DNA of 64,000 nt from Mustelus asterias. Taxonomy: Eukaryota. The position numbers and the translations under genes are program-made. A model generated the notes under the pieces. It was not told the origin of the DNA, ran no database searches, and worked only from the letters and a program-made list of their open reading frames with translations. Where the stretch lies: the NCBI RefSeq assembly GCF_964213995.1, contig NC_135820.1, positions 32,426,001 through 32,490,000 on the forward strand, given 5' to 3'. Of this stretch, positions 52,784 to 63,008 are shown piece by piece (positions within the stretch are counted from its first letter, which is position 1; each line of letters opens with the position of its first letter).

Positions 52784-53774
52784 TTCTCCTAACATTCTAT
52801 CAGTGACGGTGAACTGCTCAAAATAGAAAACTCACCACAGAACTGATTTGCTGATATATTTTGAGAGGCTTTCAGAAGCTAAACCAATTATGGCATCTTT
52901 CTGTTGCTGAGATCAACAGTTGAAATTGTTTTAAAGGATGTGTGATAGGTCTAAGAAATATTTTTCTGCAAGAGTTATGACATATGTATCTTGAATTCAG
53001 ATCTTACAGAGACGTTGCCTGTCTTTGCAATGAGGCAAATTTGATTGGATGGGTGGAATAAACTCACTGCTCATTGTCCTGTATGGAAACCTTTAACTTG
53101 TTCAGGTTGGGCACCAGTGATCTCTTCAAGCCTTGCTGGAAGATTGCTCTTTGGCCTACAGGGCACAACTCAATTAATGAAACTTTACACATGCCCAGCA
53201 GGAATCTAAAATAGCATTGAGAGTCCTAAGTATGCCATCCGACCCTGATTTGGAGAAGTGAACAATATTCTGGCACAGGCCAAAATGGGAGTAGGTCAAT
53301 TAATGACAGCAACACAGGATGTACTTACCTAGTAGTTAGGATCCGACTACCATTTGGGCTGTAAAACCGAGTGAAAGAGGGATGTAAATCAGTCCCAGTC
53401 TGTGGTCATTGTGGACTGCTAATGCACTGTTGTAGAAACATAATAGGGTAGAAAGGCTCAGGTTGGAGAGTCTGGTGCCTTCTTGACTCCCCCAGTGGCT
53501 AGTTGAGGTCCTTTAAAATGTTATCTGTGTTACTGGGAGCAGGGGGCTGGGGATGGGGTGTGGAATCCTCCTTCCTCGTGAAGGGATTCACTGGTGGCAA
53601 GTGCTGACCCAGCTGGAAGACAAGCTCCTGCCCATTATACTGTGCCCTCTCTTCTCTCACCTGGCCTCCTTAACTGGTCATGATGTGGAGATGCCGGCGT
53701 TGGACTGGGGTAAGCACAGTAAGAAGTCTCACAACACCAGGTTAAAGTCCAACAGGTTTATTTGGTAGCAAATA

Positions 53775-53811
53775 CCATAAGCTTTCGAAGCAATGCTCCT
53801 TCGTCAGATGG
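53775..53811 (-). ncRNA. Mirror hammerhead ribozyme motif
   Basis: Same as the plus copy except GCTCC becomes GCTTC, which keeps stem II paired as a G-U wobble. Confidence 0.75.
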
Positions 53812-53852
53812 AGTGGTCTCTGTTCGAGACCTGTTCGAGAACAGAGACCACT

Positions 53853-53889
53853 CCATCTGACGAAGGAGCATTGCTCCGAAAGCTTATGG
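53853..53889 (+). ncRNA. Minimal type I hammerhead ribozyme motif
   Basis: CCAT-CTGACGA-A-GGAGC-ATT-GCTCC-GAAA-GC-T-T-ATGG: intact core, stem I CCAU/AUGG, stem II GGAGC/GCUCC, palindromic AGCU stem III. Confidence 0.78.
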
Positions 53890-56314
53890 TATTTGCTACC
53901 AAATAAACCTGTTGGACTTTAACCTGGTGTTGTGAGACTTCTTACTCTCCTTAACTGGTCCAGGTGACCCCACACCTCCCTTATGTTCTGGGCCTCCAGC
54001 ACTGATTCTCCTCCTTAGGCCTACTGTTGTAATGGCAGTGGTCACCCACTCTTGATGGCACCGCTGGTACTGGATAGCTGCTAACCTCTGCTTTGCTTCA
54101 GATTTCTCCTTGCAGGACCCTTGACTGAAGCCAGCAGAATTTCTGGTTGAGCTTCCCAGATATGGCCGCAAGAAGACTGTCACTCCCAGTGTGGGTTGGC
54201 CCACTGCCGCAACCAGTAAATTCTGCTGATATAAACATTCATTTGACAAACTATTGTAGAACTAAACCATACAGACCTGAACATGCTCAGTTCTAATCAC
54301 TAGTTCATGTAGATTTTTCTGTTTCCAGTCAGTGGAGTTGCTGGGCTCGGGAGTGGGGAGAAAACAGAAATCAGCCACAGTTTTTCACTGCTGATGACTT
54401 GCAAATAACTCATGCTAGATTGTGCAGGTGTAGCTGTCAACTGGGGGCAGGAGCAGCTTGGATGTCTTCCACAGTTGAACTACCTGTTGACAATCACTAT
54501 ATCAGTCGAATGGCCACTTGACCAAGGCATTGGAGTATTATGAAAATATTGCAATAATATTTTGGCATACAGTGACTTTTTGAGAGGGAAAATAGCAGAA
54601 AGAGGAAGGGAATTTTAAAAAGAAATGCACAACTGAGCACAGGTATGCATTTTCAAATCAGGCAATAGCTTAACGAGTATTGGTTTTATTTTGATTCAAA
54701 AAACAAACAACTATTAGGAACACAAGAATCTTGCTGGTGGTAGAGGGAGAAATCTAAAAACTGCAATGTTTGGTTTTGTTCACCTTTATGAATAAGTTCT
54801 CTTGTGTATTTATAGTGATTCTTTACCAGCAGTATTGAAGCTAAATGGGGCACTTTAAGATAATGCGTGCATGACATCACTGCAAGTGACATCATTGACC
54901 GTTTGCGTGGGTAACTGTGCAGAGTGGGTTTGCAGCCTGTACTGAACACATCTCCTTAGTGAAGTTCCTTAGTTCATTGAACTTCCATGGCCTCCTAGCC
55001 TCAACAAGCTGAAGCTCAGATTGTACCTTATTTTAAGAGAGGAAAGCAAGGTAATGCTAAAGAGTCATGGCATACGCAGGTCCTTCCATAGAGAGAAAAT
55101 GGTGGGAGCTTTTCGAGCTGTGGAACCATTTGATGAGGATACAGAGTGATGGAGCTCTTATAAAGAACGGTTTGACTATTTTATACAAACCAACTAGATA
55201 GTAGAGAACATAAAAATTCCTACATTCTTAAGCATAATGGGGGTGTGGGGGGGAAGGACATTTTACCTACTCAGGGGACTGATGCAACTGGCAAAGCCAG
55301 GCACAAAGACATATTGTGGAGATTTTCCAGGGCTACTATTCACAAAAACCTTTTAGTCATTGCAGGAAGTCTAGATTTCATAAGAACAATCAAGAAGATG
55401 GAAAATTGATTGCACAATTTGTGGTTACACTGAAAAGACTGGCAGAGCACTGCCTGTTCAAGGATGTATTAAACGATACAATCTGAGATGGACTGGTCTG
55501 TGGTTTGTGGAGTGAGGCAATTCCCAACTGAAAGCAACCTGACTCAAAGAAAGCCATTGAAGTTGTCATATAAATGGGGCCAACAGCCAAAGAAACTCAG
55601 CAGTTAACTTCACAAGATGTCAAGCAAAACTCAAATGTAAACACTGACTCGTACTTTCCACAGATGTGCAAAGGGAAGACACTTCCCAGCAGATTGTTTG
55701 TGCAAAGATACCATGTGCACAAACTGTGGAAGAAAAGGCCGCAATAAGTGTGCTTGTTCAAAAAAGAAGCTAGCTTTGGGAAAAGTAGTGAAAAGCAAGA
55801 GCTGAATAAAACAGGCAAACAGAACAAAGGAAAAAGTGTCCATGTAGTTCAAACAGGACAAAAGGAGAGAATTGATTCACAGTCTGTGGATGAATTGTCA
55901 TTGAACGTGCTAGCCATTGCTGGTGCTACAAATAGATACTGAGTCACTCCACTGCTGGATGTGCAGGCAGTAAAGATGGAGGTGGACACTGGGGCAGCAG
56001 TCTTGCTGGTGCCAGAAACTGCCTACAAAGAAAAGCTCCAACATATTCCTCTGAGGCTCTTGAAAATAGTGTTGAAAACTTACACTAGAGAAGTGGTTCC
56101 ATTGAAAGGTCATATTGACGTACAATTAAATGTCTAAAGAGCAGATTAGTCCTTATACATAGTCAAAGGAAATTATCTGGTACTAATGGGTAGGACTTAG
56201 TTGGAAAAGATCCAACTAAATTGGGATGAAGTAAACTGAATGAACGATTCAGAATCAGGCCGTACCAAAATCCTGAAGAAGTACACTTTAGTTTTCAACG
56301 GTGAACCGAAAAAA

Positions 56315-56605
56315 AAGTTAAAGTTAAAATTTATTTATTAGTCACAAGTAAGGCTTACATTAACAACGCAATGAAGGCACTGTGAAATTCCGCTGGTCGC
56401 CACACTCCGGCACCTGTTTGGGTCAATGCACCTAACCAGCACTTCTTTCAGACTGTGGGAGGAAACCGGAGCACCCAGAGGAAACCCACGCAGACACGGG
56501 GAGAATGTGCAAATTCTACACGGACAGTGACCCAAGCCAGGAATTGAACCTGGGTCCCTGGCACTGTGAGGCAGCAGTGCTGACCACTGTGCCACCGTGC
56601 AGCCC
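56315..56605 (-). mobile_element. V-SINE with Rex1-like tail, inserted in Gypsy pol
   Basis: Head, V-domain and tail ...CTTACTTGTGACTAATAAATAAA. Confidence 0.9.
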
Positions 56606-57932
56606 ACATGAAGGACATCTCAGTGAAGCATGAAGGACATCTCAGTGAAGTTGAAGCACAAAGAAGGGAATCAGGTGAAATACTTAATGGCAAAATTGGT
56701 ATCTTATGCAATCAGACCAAAAGCAGATGTGGATTTAGAATGACTGGTAAAGACGGGGGTCCTGGAACCTAGCAACATGGGCTACACCCATCGTCCCAAT
56801 AATAAAAAAAGACAGATCCGAATGGATTTGTCGTAACTTCAAATTAACTATTAATCCTGTACTCCATGCAGGACAATACCCTCCACCATTGAATGATTAC
56901 CTGTCACAGGGTTGGTTGGAGGCCAATGCTTTAGCAAGATCGATCTCAGTCAAGCATACTTACAAATGAACAGAGATCAGGATTTAGAACAGTTCCTGAC
57001 GATTGTGACACATAAAGGATTATTTTGATACAGAAGATTACCATTTGGCATCACTTCAGCTCCAGCATTGTTCCAAAGAGCTGTGGACCAAATCTCATGT
57101 GGGTTGAGCAGAGTCCAGTGTTGCCTGGATGACATTCTGGTTACTGATAAAGACAAGGAAGAACATCTGCGCAACCTGGATGCCAAACTACAAAGATTAG
57201 ATGGTTATTGATCAAGAGTACAAAAGGACAAATGTGAATTTTTCCAATCTTCAATCAAATATTTGGGACATGTAATCAATGCCAAGGACTTATCAAAGCT
57301 ATTACCATGGCACCCGCATCACAGAATGTTAATCAACTTTGATCCTTCTTAGGCTCACTAAACTACCAGAGAAGTTTTGTCCCCAATTTGGTGACCATTG
57401 TGAAATGCTTGAATAATCTTCTGTATCAAAATTAAAAAGTGGAAGTGGGTGGGTGGATCAATGTGAGAGAGCATTCATGCAAACCAAGGAGGCGCTTCTC
57501 AAGACAGACATCCTGACACATTTTGATCCAAACCTCACTTTCCAGTTAGGAAGTGACACATCACTTTTAGCTGTTGGGATGATAGTATCCCACATCATGC
57601 CTTCAGGTGAAGAGAAACCTATAGCTTCTGCGTCCAGGACATTGAATAAAGCCGAATGCAATTATATACATGTCGAGAAAGAAGCTTAATGAATTAAATT
57701 TGGGATAAAAAGGTTCTATCAATTCCTGTACATGAGAAAATTTACATTATTGATGGACTATCATCATTAGCAACAATTTTTGGACCACATAGAGGGATTC
57801 CATCACTGGCAGCGAGCAGAATGCAGAGATGGCCATTGCTATTGTCAGCATACACGTATGCTATCAACTATCATCAATCAAGTCTGCATGGTAATGCAAA
57901 TGGACTTTCCTGACTACTCTTACAAACTAGTT

Positions 57933-58252
57933 ATAGAAACCCTACAGCGCAGAAGGAGGCCATTTCAGCCCATCGAGTCTGCACCGACAACAATCACACC
58001 TATGCCCTATCACAGTAACCCCACACAGTTACGCCACTAATCCCTCTAATCTATGCATCCCAGGGCAATTTAACAGGGCCAATGAACCTAATCTGCACAT
58101 TTTTGGACTGTGGGAGTAAACCAAAGCACCCAGAGGAAACCCATGCAGACACGGGGAGAAGGTGCAAACTCCACACAGACAGTGACCCAAGCCTGAAATC
58201 AAACATGGGTCCCTGGAGCTTTGAGGCAGCAATGCTAACCACTGTGCCACCC
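57933..58252 (-). mobile_element. V-SINE with CR1-type tail, inserted in Gypsy pol
   Basis: Head, V-domain and tail ...GGCCTCCTTCTGCGCTGTAGGGTTTCTAT. Confidence 0.9.
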
Positions 58253-59412
58253 ATCGACTTCATCAACAAGTCATTCGAATGGATGCATCTTTTTCAAACA
58301 GGGAGATAATACTCAGTTCACCGCAGGACAAGTGAAGAAGTTCACCCAAAGTGATCCAATACACTTCAAGGAAATGGACACGCTGTTTCGAGGCAAGACC
58401 TCAGTAGTGAGCCCTGATTTGAAGCCGTACTCCACTTGAAGATTTGAATTATCTATACAAACAGGATGTCTCTTTTGGGGGATGAGATTAATCATTCCAC
58501 TGCCATTAAGAAGACAAATATTGAACCAATAACATGAAGGCCATTGTGGCAATGTGAGAATGAAGGTGATAGCTAGGAGCTATTTCTGGTGGCCTGGATT
58601 AGACATTAAAACAGACAAAAAGGGGCAAACGTGTTCATCTTGTGCAAAAGTGGTGGCAAAAATGACCACCATTGGCACCATTGAAATCTTGGGAATGGCC
58701 AGAAGAGGCTTGGAATTGTTTACACATTGACTATGCAAGACTGTTTGAAGGGGGCATGTTTCTTATTATAGTCGATGTTCATTCAAAATGGACAGAAGTT
58801 GCCATCATGAAGTCAAAGTCATCAGAGAAGGTAGTTGAGAGATTGGGAGAAATTTTTAGCAGATTCTGTTTCTCTGAGCAATTGGTGAGTGATGTTTGGC
58901 CACAGTTCATATCTCAAGGACTTGAAAGCTTCTTGTAGGAAAATGGAATACAATATATTAGGTCCACACCATACCGTCCTGCTATGTACAGATTAGCAGA
59001 ACATTCTGTGCAACAATGAAGCACATGTTAAAGAAAACCAGTTGGTAAATGTTTGAGTCAGTTCCTGCTCATGTATGGGAATATTGCTCACTCAACAACA
59101 AATGTTTCTCAGACATTACTGATGATTAAATAAGAATTAGATATAGCATTCAACTTACAATAAACACCCAAGACAAAATAAATCATCCAGAAAAAGCAGA
59201 TCGTATGGCAGAAAAACAAAGTGAAACATCATATCTTCCACCAGGAACAAGAAGTTCTGGCAAGAAACTATACCATAGAAGAAAAATGGGCTCCTACACG
59301 GTCATAGCACAGGCCAGACCTGACCTGTCTCCTACATTGTCCAAACCTGAGACAATGGCATCTGGAGGAGGTGTACAGATCAACTATTGACAAATGTTCA
59401 TCAGAAGCAGAA

Positions 59413-60141
59413 ACCAAAACAGAAAATGCTGGAAAATCTCAGCAGGTCTGACAGCATCTGGGGAGAGAGAATAGAGCCAACATTTTGAGTCGGGATGACC
59501 CTTTCATCAGAATCTCTCTCTCCATAGATGCTGTCAGACTTGCTGAGATTTTAAAGTTTTAAAGTTTATTTATAGCAGCAGGTGGCCACCCATCCCCAAT
59601 CTATCTCCCATATTATGGTGGGCATGTAAGTCATCAAACAGCCTGCCCAGTCTTACACCTAACCTGGTTCTGCCTCAGTATTTACATCACATTGGGCTGG
59701 AGAAGCAGGAGGAAGAGAAAGCCTGGCAGGTTTCCTTGCATGGCCCATTGAGAGCACCAGCGCCCACACCGCCATCAAGATGATACCCTTCTGGCTTCTT
59801 TAAGTTTTAAGTGTATTTATTAGTGTCACAAGTAGGCTTACATTAACCCTGCAATGAAGTTACTGTGAAAATCCCCTTGTCGCCACACTCTGGCGCCTGT
59901 TCGGGTACACTGAGGGAGAAGTTAGCATGGCCAATGCACCTAACCTGAGCACCCGGAGAGAACCTGCACAGACACAGGGAGAACGTGCAGACTCCACACA
60001 CAGTGACCCAAACCGGGAATCAAACCCGGGTCCCTGGCAACAGTGAGTCAGCAGTGCTAACCACTGTGCCACCGTGCCGCTCCAGCAATTTCTGTTTTTG
60101 TTTCAGATTCCAGCAGCCTCAGTAATTTGCTTTTATCTTAG
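59413..60141. mobile_element. Family 2 Penelope hairpin split by a SINE+flank insertion
   Basis: Hairpin parts at 59413-59551 and 60081-60141. TSD C(A/G)TCAGAAGCAGAA at 59399-59412 and 60142-60155. Confidence 0.85.
59798..60080 (-). mobile_element. V-SINE with Rex1-like tail
   Basis: Near-complete head, a deletion of about 30 bp in the V-domain, tail ...CTACTTGTGACACTAATAAATACACTT. Confidence 0.9.
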
Positions 60142-60718
60142 CGTCAGAAGCAGAACCTGCAGAAAGTCCTAATTCAACTGTACCGAGAGATAACCTGGAA
60201 CTTCCTGGAAACCTGACACTAACAGAACTGATTGGGGAAAACAGCACCTCAGTTGCAAATCAAACACCAAGTCAATCTCAAATCATAACCTCGACTCCAA
60301 TTAAAACAACCAGTGACAAGGATGACTTCAAGCCAAAGACACCAAAGATTACAGCAAGAGCTAAAAAGCAGAAGTCAACCATTCAGAGAACGGCAACCTC
60401 CAAATCATTTGACTTACTGACTTGTTAATTGTTTGTTCATGTTATACTTATTTAATGTGTTGGGGATTTTTGAATTAAAAGGGGGAAGAAGTATGCATTT
60501 ATAGTCTTCATAGTGATTCCTTACTAGCAGTATTGAAGCTGAATGGGGCACACTAAGATAATACTTACATGATGTCACCGGAAGTGACGTCATTGGCCGT
60601 TCGCGCAGGTAAATGTGCAGAGCAGGTTTGCAGTTTGCACCAAACACATTTCCTTAATATTGCTCTTTAGTTTGTTGAACATCCATGACCTCCCAGCCTC
60701 AACCCTGCAAACACCATG

Positions 60719-60843
60719 GCCAGAATTCATGCCCTGCTGCCGCTGCAAGCGAGGACAGAGGATTTGGCACGTGGCCAAATGTCTGTTCACTGCAGCGGGA
60801 TCAGAGAATCCCGCTGGCGTGAACAGTCAATAAATTGCGGCCC
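60719..60843. mobile_element. Short MITE
   Basis: Termini GGCCAGAATT and AATTGCGGCCC. Related in reverse orientation to 30841-30980. Confidence 0.5.
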
Positions 60844-61780
60844 ACAAGTTTCTCTCATTCGTAACTATATTTTATATTTCATCAAGTAGGAACATTAATG
60901 CAATCTAGCTCCAGTGATTTGATGAGGTAACAGATTCCCTCCAGCTCTCATTCAGGTATAAATTAATCTACTTTACTTCCAGGAGGACAATTTAAATCAT
61001 TGCCCTTTTGTGTTGGATGAAATTACAGATGCACAACTGCATTAAATTAATTTACGTTGTTTTTAACTGTTCATTAATTGATGGCTCATTGTTGTTGGCC
61101 TTGCACTTCTGCTTTTCTTTTCCCTACAGCAGATAATAAATTATATTTAGCCCACCGGCACTTGGTAATTTGGTTAGTGCAGGAGTTATTACATGAGGAT
61201 GAAAAATCTCTACTTTGCAAAGTGCCAAGGAAAGCGAATTGTAAGATTTTTAACCAAGTTCAAGATTTAGGTGAGATCGCAGGCTGTGGAAGCACAGATC
61301 AAACTGCATCAAAATGCAACCGCAATAAGGGACTGTGTACATCTCAGTCCAATGACTGATTAGAATATGGAACTTGCTACTGCATGGAGTTGGTGAGGTA
61401 AATAGCATTGATACACCTAAGGGGCAGCTAACTAAGTACATGAGGGAGGAAGGAATAGAAAGACATGCAGATAGGCTGAGCGGATTGAAAGAGACAATGG
61501 TATGCACTTGAATGGCCTATTTCTGTGCTGTACATTCTACATAATTCTACACAAAATAAGACTGAGAGTTCGAAGCATGAGGATTGGTAGTCAAATATTC
61601 TCTCATTCCTGCTGATACCAGTTTCAGATGTCTTGAGAGAGAAGCTCAAATACTTCCACTGAATCTCAACATTGGCTTGTAATCTGGCACTCCCCAACAT
61701 CAATAACAAGCAACGAAAAAAAACTTTTTTTTTTAATGTGAATAGCTATGTTTGAGTAGCTCGTGCCAAATCTGTTGGGA

Positions 61781-62998
61781 GAGGAGGTGGTGTAGTGGTA
61801 ATGTCACTGGATCAGCCTAGATTTAATCTCCTGGTGACAAGGATTTGAATCCCACAATGGGTAGCTTGTGGAATTTTAATTCAATTATAAAATCTGGAAT
61901 TTAAAAAAAAGCTAGCTCTAATATTGACCATGAAACTGTTGTCAATTATCGTAAAAACTTATCCAGTTCACTTGTGTCCTTCAGTGAGGGAAATCTGCAA
62001 TCCTTACCTGGTCTGGCCTACATGTGACTCCAGTCCTACTGTTGCATGTTGCATGCTGCAAACTGCTGCAAATTCTAAAAAGAATGTAACTGGACAGACC
62101 TCTTGGCATTGGAAATGAGAATGGCACATCCAAGCCTGCAAAGTTGTCCTTATTCATATTTGGGGGCTTCTGCCAAAATTAGGAGAGCTGTCCCACAAAC
62201 TAATCTTGACAGGGTCACACTTACAGAATCATACCTTACAGATTGATTGGCCGTCATAAATTGCCCCTTAGTGTCAGGGAATTAGAGCGATGAATGCGTG
62301 GGGTTACGGGGATGGGGCCTGGGTGGGATTGTTGTCGATGCAGGCTCAATGCGCTGAATGGCCTCCTTCTGTACTATAGGGATTCTATGATTCTATAATG
62401 AATCCAGACACCATCACTGTCCCTGAGGTGGCGGCAAAGTGGTATACTGTCGGGAGGGAGTTGCTCTGGGAGTCCTCAACATCAACTCCAGACCCCACAA
62501 AGCTTCATGCCATCGGTTCAAACATGTGCAAGGAAACTTCCTTCTGTAACACTCAAGCTGATGAACCAGTACTCTTCCATTTGAACACTACTTGGAGGAA
62601 GCATCGAGTGTGGCAAGGATGCGGAATGTATTGTGGATGGGGACTTCGTGTCCGTCCATCACCAAGAGTGGCTCAGTAGCACCACTACTGACTGAACTGT
62701 CTCTAAAGGACATGACAGCTAGACTGGTTCTGCGGGGGCGGGGGAGTTGTTAAATGAACCAAAAGAGAGAAAAGAAACTAATACTTACCAATCTACTGGT
62801 CACAGATGCATCGATCCATGGTAGTATTAGTAAAAGTGACCACTGCACAGTCCTTGTGGAGACAAAGTCCTGTTTTTATATTGTGAATACTCCCAATGTG
62901 TTGTGTGGCAATACCACTGTGCTGAATGGGATAGATTTTGAACAGATCTAACAACTCAAAATTGAGCATACATGAGGCTCTGTGGGCCACCAGCAGAT
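61781..62998 (+). mobile_element. Family B LINE 5' part with tRNA-like head and APE, containing a V-SINE 3' half at about 62243-62397
   Basis: A-box TGGTGTAGTGG at 61788-61798 and B-box-like GGATTTGAATCCC at 61841-61853. APE motifs IWGLLPKLGELSH, GDF and ILTNL...SKSDHCTVLVE. Confidence 0.8.
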
Positions 62999-63008
62999 AC
63001 ACCAGCAG

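Larger units (their letters stand above)
53680..53946. mobile_element. Penelope pLTR-derived hairpin insertion (family 1), very young
   Basis: Arms 53718-53825 and 53839-53946 differ at one position. 38-bp one-sided tail at 53680-53717. TSD CTCCTTAACTGGTC at 53666-53679 and 53947-53960. Confidence 0.92.
55099..59340 (+). pseudogene. gag-pol pseudogene with many stops and frameshifts
   Basis: gag VEPFDEDTE*WSSYKERFDYF; Cys knuckle at about 55690-55760; protease MEVDTGAA at about 55985; RT WATPIVP, FSKIDLSQAYLQ, RLPFGITSAPALFQ and CLDD at about 57123; RNase H ORF 57453-57689; integrase ORF 58672-58938. Confidence 0.92.
54803..60704 (+). mobile_element. Full-length decayed Gypsy (Mag-type) LTR retrotransposon
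   Basis: LTRs at 54803-55006 and 60492-60704, PPT AAAAGGGGGAAGAAG at 60477-60491, domain order gag-PR-RT-RH-IN. Confidence 0.93.
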
